Assembly (NCBI GenBank): GCA_032718475.1
Contig: JAUCBJ010002549.1
Coordinates: 1-52,530, forward strand
Source of the DNA: Nemertoderma westbladi
Lineage: Eukaryota > Animalia > Xenacoelomorpha
DNA length: 52,530 nt
Reading direction: 5' to 3'
The notes under the pieces were generated by a model that saw only the letters and a program-made list of their open reading frames with translations, was not told the DNA's origin and did not search any database. Position numbers and translations under genes: made by a program. This document shows, piece by piece, positions 11,613 to 23,800 of the stretch (its first letter is position 1; each line of letters opens with the position of its first letter).

Positions 11613-13650
11613 TAAGTAAGCTCAGTGTGGGCATTTATGTTGGGGTGGGAGAATAGTGTTGCATGGATGACGGCCTCTTTGTTGTTCAGAAAGGTGGCCA
11701 CCATATCAGAAGTCCAGTCTAGAGTCTAGATTGACAGCAAGGGCGCTGTGGAGTGGCCGCATGATAGCATCAGCAGTGGGGATTAACCGATGGTAAAATT
11801 TTACCATTCCTACGAACTCCTCCAGTCCCTTGATAGAGGTTGGCTGGGCGAATTCTCTGATTGCGGCAACCTTGTCCAGGAGAAGGACAGCACCATTAAT
11901 GGATATACGGTGGCCAAGGAAGTCGATGATCGACTGCCTGAACTGACACTTTCCGATGTTAATAACCAGGCTGTGTTGTTGGAGTTGGGTGAATTGGAGC
12001 CGGAGGTCTTCATAGTGTTCCTTGGAGGATTGACTCGTAATGAGGATGTCATCGAGATAGACAAATATGAAGTCAAATCCTTGGAACACTGTGTCCATCA
12101 GCCTCTGGAAGGCCTGGGCTGCGTTCTTCAACCCAAATGGCATTCTGAGGAACTTGAACAGGCCGAAGGTCGAATGATGACAGCGGTCTTGGAGATTTCA
12201 GCCCCTGGGATTCTGGTGGTATGTGCGCACCAGATCGATCTTTGAGAAAACTTTTGCTCCGGACATTCTGGATGAGAAGTCCTGGATGTGATGTACCGGT
12301 CGGGAGTCATTGCATCATTGAGTTGCCAATAGTCGCCCCACAGCCGCTAACCGCCTGATAGTTTCAGAGCCATTTGGAGGGGCGATGCCCAGGGACTGTT
12401 GGACTGGCTGGTGACATCCATCTTCCAGAACTCCTCCCTCGCGATTTCCCGTTTGTTGGGTTGAAGATGACGTGCGTGGGCATGCACAGGAGGTCCTTGC
12501 GTAAGGATGTAGTGCTCCATGCCATGTTTGGTTGTGGGGTCGGAGAACTGTGGGATAGTAATATCAGGAAATTCTGTGAGAATCTGGGAAAACTGGTGGT
12601 GGCGATTCAGACCAAGTATAGGGCATAGCCCTGGGTTTGTCTGCACGGGATCAAAATCCAGGTTTCGGTATCGACCAGACGACAACCTCTCAAGTCAATC
12701 ATCAAGTTGTTGGCTAGGAGGAAGTCGGCTCCGAGGAGAGGTGGAGGTGAACTTCCACTATAATCATCGAGTGTGGAAGTCAAATTTAATTGTTCGAGCG
12801 CCATATTTTTTAATCTAATTTGTGTTCTCAGCGAGTAGGGGAGGTCTGCTCTGCCCCAAATGCATCTCGCGAGTCATTGTCAGAATGACACTGAGATCTG
12901 CCCTGGTGTCCACCAAGTAGCATTGCCCAGAAACTCAGGCAAATGTCCCAGGCAAATAGCAGCAGATCAGCGTGGCCAGCAATGGTAGCTGCAACTAATG
13001 GCCGGCTGGGGCGTTTCCTGGGAAACTAAAAGGTAAGCGGCATTTCCACGCATTAGTGCCAAACTTCTGGTGGAAGAAGTTGGACATCGGGGATACAAAT
13101 GTGTAGTTGATGACTGGTTTTTTCCAATATGCGGGACAACCGTCGGTTTTTGGGGGGCATAGACAGTGGCGGGAGTGAACGAGTTCTTGCGGAAAGCTTG
13201 CCACAGTGCGTCAGCCTGGTCCGCAACTCTGTCGAGGTCATGGAAGTCCTCTTTGGTGAGTTCGAAGCATATTTCAGTTGGCATCTGACGGAGGAAGAGC
13301 AGACACGAGTGGTTGTCACCGAGGAGTGCTTGCATCTAATCTAGGAGTTGCAAGGTCCCAAAAGGTGGGCGGTGCGGTAGCGTCGGGAGATTCCGTACTC
13401 CTTAATAAGTTACGCTTTTAGTTCGTTGTATTTCTCTACAGTGGGAGGGTCACAGATGAGCTTCAGCAATTAGCTGGTGGTATCCTGATCCAAGTGCTCC
13501 TAGAACGTAGTAATACTTTATATCATCCACTGTGATGCTGCTCATGGCGAATTGCGCTTCAGCATGTGCGAACCACACCTCTCTGGTTGAGAAGTCTAGA
13601 ATGTCAGCAATTTGAGGACACCAAAGTACGTTTTGAGTTGAATTGTCCGG
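11613..13650 (-). pseudogene. Gypsy gag-protease-RT, frameshifted
   Basis: ORF fragments 13450-13710 (gag), 12607-12804 (LLGADFL), 12347-12685 (SPWASPL), 11706-12143 (YLDD). Confidence 0.85.
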
Positions 13651-13658
13651 GTCACCAA

Positions 13659-13877
13659 TGTAGCAACTCACTCCATAGTCTGATAATATTGTCTGAATGT
13701 GAGTTGCCAAATATCAAACAAAAAATATAGTTAGGAACAACCGTAACTCCTATGTCTGATATCTGCTGGTTGTTATTATTCGTAGCCAGGCAACCAGCAA
13801 CTGGTTCCTATGCTGGGCCATACAATGTACAGCATTAGTTTTTATATTCTATTTATAGATAAAATGATGCCGCCACA
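13659..13877 (-). repeat. 5' LTR of the Gypsy element
   Basis: Direct repeat of 10195-10405; PBS adjacent at about 13648-13657. Confidence 0.9.
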
Positions 13878-14145
13878 GTTGCGAGATATTAATTCACCAA
13901 GTGAGGAACCTTTTTCGTCTGTAAAGTTCAATGACAGCGATTAATTTACTTTACTTGAAATAAGATAAAGTTAATTTATGGTTGTAAAATTCACTTTTTG
14001 TTCAAATTTGTTTAAAAAATATGCAATAAGAAAGCAGTGATATAAAGCAGCTCTTATGTATTACTTTATTTCAATCATTTGCAATATAAATAAATTATAT
14101 AATAAATTAATAATAAAGTAAATAATAAAATATAATTAAATAATA

Positions 14146-14181
14146 ATAGTACCTATCGTACTAAAGTACCTATTGTACTAT
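14146..14181. repeat. 17-bp satellite (AGTACCTATCGTACTAT), about 2 degenerate copies
   Basis: Same unit as 18707-18941 and 19798-19879. Confidence 0.85.
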
Positions 14182-14229
14182 AGGTCATACATATAGGTTA
14201 TGCTTCAGACTCCGAACTTTTCAGATCCC

Positions 14230-15030
14230 CGACCAGTCCAGTCCGTTCCCTCAGCAGTCCAGTCTGGTCCCCCTTCAGTCCAGTCGGGTCCCCCTGCAGT
14301 CCAGTCGGTGCACCCAGCAGTTCAGTCGGGTCCCCCATCAGTCCAGTTGGGTCCCACATCAGTCCAGTCTGGTCCCCCATCAGTCCAGTCAGTGCGCCCA
14401 GCAGTCCAGTCGGGTCCCCAATCAGTCCAGTCCGGTCCTCCATCAGTCCAGTTGGGGCGCCCAGCAGTCCTGTCGGGTCCCCCATCAGCCCAGTCGGGTC
14501 CCCCATATATCCAGTCCAGTCGGGTTGCCCAGCGGTCCCAGTCGGGTCCCCCATCAGTCCAGTCGGGTCCGCCAGCAGATCAGTTGGGTCCCCCATCAGA
14601 CCAGTCGGGTCCCTCAGGAGTCCAGTTGGGTCCCTCAGCAGTCCAGTCGGGTCCCCCTTCAGACCAGCCGGGTCCCTCAGGAGTCCAGTCGGGTCCCCCA
14701 GCAGTCCAGTCGGGTCCCCCATCAGACCAGTCGTGTCCCTCAGGAATCCAGTCGGGTCCCCCTGCAGTCCAGTCGGGTCCCCCTTCAGACCAGTCGGGTC
14801 CCCCATCAGTCCAGTTGGATCCCCCAGCAGTCCAGTCGGGTCCCCCATCAGACCAGTCGGGTCCCCCATCAGTCTGGTTGGGTCCCCCTACAGTCCAGCC
14901 AGGTCCCCCTGCAGACCATTCGTGTCCCCCAGCAATCCAGCCGGGTCCCCCAACAGTCCAGCCAGGTCCCCCTGCAGACCATTCGTGTCCCCCAGCAATC
15001 CAGCCGGGTCCCCCACCAGTCCAGTTGGTA
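14230..15030 (+). repeat. 21-bp minisatellite encoding (VQSGPPS)n in frame with the CRE ORF
   Basis: CAGTCCAGTCGGGTCCCCC-type units; ORF 14200-15255 reads through into the conserved CRE N-terminal motif. Confidence 0.9.
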
Positions 15031-16939
15031 CCCTCGGCATCTATCGGTCGACCTCTGCCATCCTCCCTGTCCAGTGTTGGACTCACTTCAACAAGTCGAG
15101 TCGACTCCGCGGTATGGTTCAATGAATCCTTGCCCAGGCACCAAATAATAGAGTCAATCAACACAGTGTACAACAGCATAGTACACTGGAGGCCAAACCT
15201 ATTCCTGGTTCCTCAGGGGGCCGCGGGGAGAGAATTGGTGGCAAGAGATTTCTAGGTTGTTGGCGCTGGCAATCAGTGACAATCCCCTACATGAGGTCGC
15301 CCTCACGACAATGATGATGTTGCCAGCTCTCCTCTTACAGAAACCGAGTCGATCTTCCACCACAGCCACACACCGGCACATTCTCCAACGCTGCCTAGTA
15401 AGCTGGAGGGAAGCTAAATTCGACGAGCTCATGGTGGAGGCCAGGGCCATTCAGACACACCTTCCTAAGCGACGACCCCCAGCCTCTCAGGACGTAGCGC
15501 TCCAAAAGACGTTCAGCCGCCACATGCTGTCTGGGAATATTTCTGCGGCGACGAGAGTTCTTGGACAGTTACACCGCGGTTCTCCACTGAGTCTGAATGA
15601 CTCATTCATGGACAAAGATGGGAAAACCAAGGTGGTCCGGGATGTTCTGCGAGCGAAACATCCTCCAGCGCAGCCTGCAGACGAGTCGAACCTGCTATCA
15701 CACTTCCCCGAGGCGCCACAGCACCACAGGGTCGTGTTTGAGGCGATCGATGGGAAGCTCATCCTTGGGAGCTTGCTTATAATGAAGGGAAACGCCGCGG
15801 GTCCATCGGGAGTTGATGTTCAGGGTTGGAAGCACCTCCTTACCCGGTTTCGGACACAGTCGTCCGAGCTGGGTGAGAGGATCGCAGACTTGGCGAAACA
15901 ACTCGCACAGACCAACACTTCTCAGGGGTCTCTATCTGCGCTACTGTCTGCTAGACTCATTACACTGAACAAAAACCCGGGCGTCCCATAGGGATCGGTG
16001 AGGTGTTGCGCCACGTCATAGGTAAATCTATCACCCATTGTATCCATCAGGATCTTGAGTCTGTCGGTGGGAACACCCAACTCTGCCTGGGTCAGAAGGC
16101 TGGCATTGAATTCGCCATCCACAGCCTCACGATGCAGTGGGACTCGGACGACTGTGATGGGGTTCTACATATAGACGCTACAAACGCCTTCAATGTACTG
16201 AACCGTTCGGCTGCCCTCCACAACATTGGAGTTGTCTGCCCTGCCCTTCTCACCATAGTCACCAATTGCTACAGCGAACCAGCTCGACTCTTTGTGGGAG
16301 GGGAGACGTTGCTCTCTGAAGAGGGGACCACACAGGGTGACCCCATTGCCATGGCGATGTATGGGTGCTCCATTATGCCACTATTAGCTGAGTTGGGACG
16401 AGCAAGCAAGGCCACACAGCGGTGGTATGCTGATGGTGGCAATGCGGCAGGAAAACTCACTGACCTACAGGCCTTCCTAGAGGTCGCCACCACAAGGGGT
16501 CCTCTCTTCGGCTACTTCCCATCCAAGTGTCACCTCACAGTGAAACCAGCAATGTTGGAAGAGGCTGAGATTCTTTTCGCCAACACTGGTGTCGCCATCA
16601 ACACGACAGGCCATGAGCTACTCGGCAGGGTTGTTGGCACTGAGGAGTATCGCACCACGTTCCTAGAAGAGAAGGCCCAGGAGTTTGCCATGGAAGTGGA
16701 TCCTCTCGCGGGGGTTGCAGCAGTGGACCCCCACTGTGCGTATGTGGGCCTCGCGTTTGGACTTGCCTGTCGGTGCAGGTTCATCACCCTGTTGTATCCA
16801 CCGCCGTTGGAGGAAGCTGTAAATCGATTCCTTTGCCGTCTCACCGATCGGCCAGCCATCTCAATAGAGGAACGCCTGTTACTTTCCCTGTCATTCTGTG
16901 ACGGGGGTATCGGCATTCCGGTGCCCACTGACCTGTCAC

Positions 16940-17967
16940 GGTGACACAGAACCATTTGAAGTGTTATGGGGCGTCCTCCAAGGAGACACACTTGCACCAT
17001 TCTTGTTCATTATTGTGGTTGACTATGTTCTACGCATGTCCTTAGATCATCATAATGATGATGGGGTGATGATAACTCCACCTACTGGCTCCAGAAGTCG
17101 AGGAAATCCTGCCAAGTACCTAACTGATCTAGACTTTGCTGATGACTTAGGAGTACTCTCAGAATCATTAGAGGGAGCCCAGCGGCTCCTCAGCTCATTA
17201 GAACATGCTGCTTCTAGTGTTGGTCTTTTTATTAACTCCAGAAAGACCAAAATTCTGACAGTTAACTTTGAAAGTCCTCAGCAAGTCTCTGATCGGATGA
17301 GCATAAGCTCAAAGGATGGTATGCTTGAGCATGTGGACGACTTCTGTTACCTGGGATCATGGATCCGGAAGTCAGGTGAGGACCTTCGAATACGTAAGGG
17401 AAAGGCATGGGCAGCCTTGAATACGCTTTCCAGGATTTGGAAGTCACCTAGAATTAATCGGAAACTTAAGGTCCGATTATTTAGAGCAGCAGTAGTTCCA
17501 GTACTCCTCTACGGGAGTCCATGCTGGGCTCTAACTGCTGAGGACACCAAATCTCTGGATGGCACATTAACAAGAATGCTACGCCGGGTACATTGTGTCA
17601 AGTACAATGCACACATCTCCAACCAGTCACTTTATAACATTGGAGGTGTCTCATTGGTTCCCCCAAGCTTGACACTAGAACAAAATCGCCTCCACTTTGC
17701 AGGACATTGCTTTCGCCGTGAGGACCAGCCAGTGCATAATCTTGTACTTTGGCAGCCTCATGGAGTGAATAAGCATGGTGGACAGCCCATGACTTTCTTG
17801 AGACGCATCTTAAAGGATACTGGCCTTAAAGATGCGGATGATCTAGCAAATGTCATGGGTGATAGGGAGTTGTGGCGGTGCAATTTTGTTGACAAGCCGG
17901 CACAGCATTCTTAAAAATGCAGCTGCAATGCAGCATGCCGATCCTAGTAGTAGTAGTAGTAGTAGTA
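16940..17967 (+). mobile_element. RTE LINE, 5'-truncated, nested in CRE copy A
   Basis: 10-bp TSD GACCTGTCAC at 16930-16939 and 17968-17977; (TAG)n tail; open RT C-terminal half. Confidence 0.95.
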
Positions 17968-18706
17968 GACCTGTCACATCAGTATACCAGCTCGCTTCGG
18001 GTCTTTGAGCCATTCATCAGCGCCACACAAGATACAATGGCGCAGGTCCGGGAGATACAAAAGGAGGTGGTGGGCAGGTTGAAGGTAGAGGCGCTGCTCC
18101 AGTCGATGGAAAGTATCAGGAACGAGTGAGGGAGGTGGAACATGCCACCTTCACCTCTCTGATATTCTCCGCGTTTGGTGGTATGGCGCCTTCGGCCATA
18201 CATCTGCTGAAGCGGTTGGCGCACCGCCTGGCGGAGAAGTGAGAAACGCGGTATGCGGAGTGCATCACATGGGTTCGGCGAAAGTGGAACTTTGCGTTGT
18301 TGCGGTCGGCCCTCTTGTGTCTCCGTGGACACCGGTCGGCTGCTAGACGACCCATTCGCTGCACAAATTCAGTTGCAGACATAGTCATTGTGCATGCGAA
18401 TGCGGATGTTGCCCCACCACTGTAGACCCCAACGAGTGCAGACAAGACCGCGAAGAAACTGATGAATAATGAATTTATTTCGATCTGTTGCATTGTGTTA
18501 CCACAACTACGTCCAACTAAGATTTGTTTGAGTGACGTTTCGTATTGATTGACAGTTTGGGTGGCTAATTAACATCGCTTTAAAGTCGATTATCGTTTAA
18601 ATACTCCATTGTGCAGATTATATTCTATGAATATTGGAAATACTGGTAACCCTATTATAATATTGGAAATACTGGTAACCCTGTTATAATATTGGTAATG
18701 CTGGTA

Positions 18707-18941
18707 ACCTATCGTACTATAGTACCTATCGTACTATAGTACCTATCGTACTATAGTACCTATCGTACTATAGTACCTATCGTACTATAGTACCTATCGT
18801 ACTATAGTACCTATCGTACTATAGTACCTATCGTACTATAGTACCTATCGTACTATAGTACCTATCGTACTATAGTACCTATCGTACTATAGTACCTATC
18901 GTACTATAGTACCTATCGTACTATAGTACCTATCGTACTAT
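18707..18941. repeat. 17-bp satellite, 13 full units plus 14 bp
   Basis: Perfect (ACCTATCGTACTATAGT)n containing the palindrome GTACTATAGTAC. Confidence 0.97.
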
Positions 18942-19797
18942 CGCGGTGTGTCTCCGCTACGGTTGGTGTCCGAAGAATCTACCATCTCATTGTGCCTGTG
19001 GGGCGCGATTTTCTGCAACCCACGTCCTGTCGTGCCCAACTGGAGGTTTCCCCTCCATCAGGCACAATGAGATACGTGATTTCGTCGCCAACTCGCTCAC
19101 TGAGGTCGCCTAAAACGTTGCTGTTGAGCCGATGCTCCAGCCGTTATCCGGTGAAACTTTCACCCATCGTACCACCTTGACGGACCAGCAGGCGAGGCTG
19201 GATGTGTCTGTGAGCGGCTTCTGTGGAAACCGATTCCAGCGGTCGTTCATCGACGTGTCCGTGTTTAACCCGCTGGCGGTGACGAACGCGGCTATGTCCC
19301 TAGACGCAGCGCACCTCCACCACAAGAATCGTAAGATTCTTAAGTACGAGGAGAGGATATGGGAGGTGGAACATTCTACTTTCGTCCCCCTCATATTATC
19401 GGCCTTTGGCGGGATGGCGCCGACCACGCGCCAGTTTGTTAAGCGCCTGGGACAGAAGCTCGCGGACAAACGCGAGGTCAGGTACTCGGAATGCGTCAGC
19501 GTGGATCCGGCGCAAGTTAAACTTCACGTTGCTTCGTTCCTCCCTGCTCTGCCTTCGAGGTTGTAGGTCAGCCTCTAAACGGCCGGTTCATTGTCCAGTG
19601 TCTGATGCCTCCATTCGGTTGGACAACGCCGACACTGAGCCGTAGTTTGTGGTCTGGTAGTAGTCGTACAGGCCTACAATAGCTGACCAGTAGGCCTACA
19701 ACATAAACAACCAACTGTTTTGAATTTCCCCCTTGCATCCGTATCACTGTACCTCATTCTATAAATCAGATTTGGTGATAGGGTGTAATAGTGCAAA
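18942..19797 (+). mobile_element. CRE-clade element copy B, 5'-truncated (zinc knuckle, RLE, 3' UTR)
   Basis: AVCLRYGW..HCACG..HVLSCPTGGFPSIRHNEIRD..ARLDVSVSGF..FIDVSVFNP..KYEERIWEVEHSTFVPL. Confidence 0.85.
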
Positions 19798-19879
19798 ACC
19801 TATCGTACTATAGTACCTATCGTACTATAGTACCTATCGTACTATAGTACCTATCGTACTATAGTACCTATCGTACTAT
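19798..19879. repeat. 17-bp satellite, 4 full units plus 14 bp
   Basis: Same unit and the same starting phase as 18707. Confidence 0.95.
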
Positions 19880-20827
19880 TTTTCAGATAAATTTACTGTG
19901 AGGGCACCAAACGTCTCACGGACCAATGACCCCCAATAATTCACATCCTGCGAAAGGAAAGGGGAGTACATCTGTCAAGAAGAGTAACGGTAATTGTATA
20001 AGAAATTCGATAACTTGTTACCTATATTAAAAAAAAAATTGGAATGTGCAATCGAGAAAATTAAAAAAAAAAATTTTTTTTTAGTTTTGTGGCGCATGCG
20101 CAATACTAAAAAATGTAATTGTAATTTCCTACTCAAACTAATTTCACATTTATCCTGCAACCATCACTCTATATAGTAACCACTGCATTGACGACTCACT
20201 CACTCACTCACTCAGTCACTCACTACAGTAGGTTGGCTACCTGTAGCGCGGATATACGCACCACCCCCCTCCCCCACCACAGTAGGTAATGGAAGCTTTC
20301 TATTCACCGCATGGAACCTATAATTATGATTTGCATTGAATACAATAATGATGGGTATAAATGATTTATCAGTTTCAACTTTGAACGGAAATCGCTGTTG
20401 ATTTCTGTTTTACTGAATCATTTACGCCGCACCTGCTTATAATTGTGCTTCTTTATCATAATATACAGTATGTACAGTAGAGTTTTATTGTATTCTATTA
20501 TTTATTCTATTATTATTGTAGAGTGTATAAAATAGGCCTACATATATAAGAAGTGCAGAACTTAATAGGCTCGCATTTGTATAATTTATATAAATTTTGG
20601 AAACCTTATTATCACTTATCACATCCATTATATCATCAAATAGCCTTTTGGTATTTAATAAATAAGACTGATAAAAACGATAGTAAGTACAGGGTGTAAC
20701 AAAAGTTTCTCCCTTTAGAAAAATCGATTTTTAAAGATATTTTCTCTATATTTATGATATTATTTGTATATCATTTGAAAGACCATTACATTTCACACTC
20801 ATTACTAAAAAAAATAAGACCCTACAA

Positions 20828-23800
20828 TTAGTATTTTGTGTGTAGCCCACTCCTCTCTGAGCACATTAGAAGGCGTTGACGAAATGAGTCCACGAGATTA
20901 AACAACACATTGTCGTCTATAGACTTCCACTCTTCCTGTACTCGTTCAATAAGTTGAATGCGGTTCCTTGGTGGTGGAAAGCGGAATACGGACTCCTGGA
21001 GGCGAGCCCAGAGATTTTCCATAGGGTTTAGGTCAGGGGAGTTACCTGGCCAAGACGTCAAAACATTGAAGCCAGACTTGGCAATCAGTGCCAGTGTTGC
21101 CTTAGCCGTGTGACAGGTTGCGCCATCCTGCATCAAAAGGATATGTTCTTTCAATGGGAACTTATTTGATTTCATTGCTTTAAAATAAACAGGCAAGATA
21201 TTGTTCCGATAGTGATCGCCATTAACTGTCTGATCTTGTGGAACGACATACAGATCAGTCTTTCCATATCGGTTTATTCCACCAGCAACCATTATCTTCA
21301 GTGGAAACTTTGGACGTACAGCTGGTCGTATGGAAGATAGGTCAGATGTCCGAACTCGCCTTCTGCCTGTTCACCTTTGGCTGGAGCTCAATAGGGCTCT
21401 CATCTGTATAGAGGATATGGGATCTCTTCTTTCTGCCTTCAGGTGTATCATCTGCAAAGCCAGTATCAATCATTTTGCTGCAGAATTTGACACGGTCAGC
21501 AATATTCTTCTGACTCAACATCGGCTTAACTGGTTGTTTGTGGGCCACTCTTCCCCATTCAGTCTTTTTGCAGTAACGAGAAACAGTCATATGGCTTATT
21601 GTTTTTCCCTTGTCTTTATAATCGTTACTCATGTTGAGTACTTTGGCTACTCTCCTTACTACTACTAGGATCGGCATGCTGCATTGCAGCTGCATTTTTA
21701 AGAATGCTGTGCCGGCTTGTCAACAAAATTGCACTGCCACAACTCCCTATCACCCATGACATTTGCTAGATCATCCGCATCTTTAAGGCCAGTGTCCTTT
21801 AAGATGCGTCTCAAGAAAGTCATGGGCTGTCCACCATGCTTATTCACTCCATGAGGCTGCCAAAGTACAAGATTATGCACTGGCTGGTCCTCACGGCGAA
21901 AGCAATGTCCTGCAAAGCGGAGGCGATTTTGTTCTAGTGTCGAGCTTGGGGGAACCAATGAGACACCTCCAATGTTATATAGTGTCTGGTTGGAGATGTG
22001 TGCATTGTACTTGACACAATGAACCCGGCGTAGCATTCTTGTGAATGTGCCATCCAGAGATTTGGTGTCCTCAGCAGTTAGAGCCCAGCATGGACTCCCA
22101 TAGAGGAGTACTGGAACTACTGCCTCTCTAAATAATCGGACCTTAAGTTTCCGATTAATTATCGGTGACTTCCAAATCCTGGAAAGCCTATTCAAGGCTG
22201 CCCATGCCTTTCCCTTACGTATTCGAAGGTCCTCACCTGACTTCCGGATCCATGATCCCAGGTAACAGAAGTCGTCCACATGCTCAAGCATACCATCCTT
22301 TGAGCTTATGCTCATCCGATCAGAGACTTGCTGAGGACTTTCAAAGTTAACTGTCAGAACTTTGGTCTTTCTGGAGTTAATAAAAAGACCAACACTAGAA
22401 GCAGCATGTTCTAATGAGCTGAGGAGCCGTTGGGCTCCCTCTAATGATTCTGAGAGTCTAGATCAAAGTCAGTAGATCAAGGTTCAGCAAAGTCTAGATC
22501 AGTTAGGTACTTGGCAGGATTTCCTCGACTTCTGGAGCCAGTAGGTGGAGTTATCATCACCCCATCATCATTATAATGATCTAAGGACATGCGTAGAACA
22601 TAGTCAACCACAATAATGAACAAGAATGGTGCAAGTGTGTCTCCTTGGAGGACGCCCCATAACACTTCAAATGGTTCTGTGTCACCGTCAACAGTAGACA
22701 CAAATGTTGTCGAACCATCGTATACTGATCTGATTGCTGCAATAATTTCATCAGGAATCCCATATAATGAAAGTATGCTGAACATACGTGAGCGAGAGAC
22801 TGAATCAAAGGCCTTGAAGAAGTCAACAAAGATAACAGCCATATGCCTGTCTTTCTTTTTTGATAACTCTTCAATTATCCTTCTAAGTGCCAAAATGGGC
22901 TCTATGGTCCCACGACCTTTACGGAACCCATTCTGATTTCCACGGAGCAGTCTCTCAATGGGATCCCTGATGCGATTTAATAGAATCCTATTGTATAGCT
23001 TTGCAGCAATCGAGATCAATGAGATTCCCCGAAAAGAACCATAGAGTGTTAGGTTGCCCTTCTTGGGAACTGGCACCAACTTATTTGTTTTCATTTCTTG
23101 TGGGACTCTTGTTGTTCGGTACATGTCTACTATGATGGGATAGATGAGCTTTAAACACTCAGGTATTTTAAAGACCTCAGGGGGAACACCATCTACTCCA
23201 CTGGCACGATTGGTCTTAATGCTCTTTGCAGCAGCCTTCACTTCTGCAAAGGAGATATCGCCAATGGGAATATCTGGGAGTACAGACTCAGACACTTTTA
23301 CTTCTATAAAGTTATCAGGCAATACCCTGTCATTATTGAGGAGCTTTTCAAAGTGGGCTTTCCAACCATTGAGTCGATTGGCTGGTGATTCAGCCTTAAC
23401 CTTGGTGGTTGGTTGGCTTTTCCGCCCAGTAAGCAGATTGATCGATTTCCATGCCTGGGATGATTGCCTGCTGTCGTCAGCATCATTGATGGCATCAACC
23501 TGTTGGTTTATTAGCTCCTATAGATTAGCAGAGTACTGTCTGTTCAGGGACCTAGATGCAGCCTTAACTGCATTCTTGGCCGCTGTAGTCTGTTTGAGTC
23601 GGGACTCTTTCTGCGCCTTATGAAGGTCATTTCGGCACTTCTGAATTTTGTTGTCAGTCCAGGGGGCCCTTTTCCTGTTTCGAGGGTATACAGGAACTGT
23701 TTCTGCAGCTGCTAACTTAACTGCTTCTGTAAAGGCAGTATAGCCCTCACAGTGATCTGCCGCCTCAGAAGCAAGAGCCTCATACCTGTTGCTCAGCTGT

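Larger units (their letters stand above)
10195..13877 (-). mobile_element. Gypsy LTR retrotransposon (Mag-type), degenerate, with an internal inversion
   Basis: Two TG..CA LTRs (10195-10405, 13659-13877); imperfect 4-bp TSD ATTG/GTTG; PBS TGGTGACCC (tRNA-Trp-like); PPT GGGGG; gag WFAHAEAQFA..KYYYV; RT MPFGLKNA..YLDD. Confidence 0.9.
14182..18706 (+). mobile_element. CRE-clade (RT plus restriction-like endonuclease) non-LTR retrotransposon, copy A, degenerate
   Basis: IVHWRPNLFLVPQGAAG, LLLQKP, GPSG, IDATNAFN, EGTTQGDPIAMAMY, WYADG; C-terminal EVEHATF. Interrupted by an RTE and missing the zinc-knuckle/RLE core near 18128. Confidence 0.8.

Noticed and set aside
14198-14869. Collagen-like (MGDPTGL)n protein on the minus strand
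   Set aside because: Antisense of the CRE VNTR; the period is 7, not Gly-X-Y.
18707-18941. CRISPR array or telomeric repeat
   Set aside because: No spacers, no cas genes, and no G-rich strand bias.
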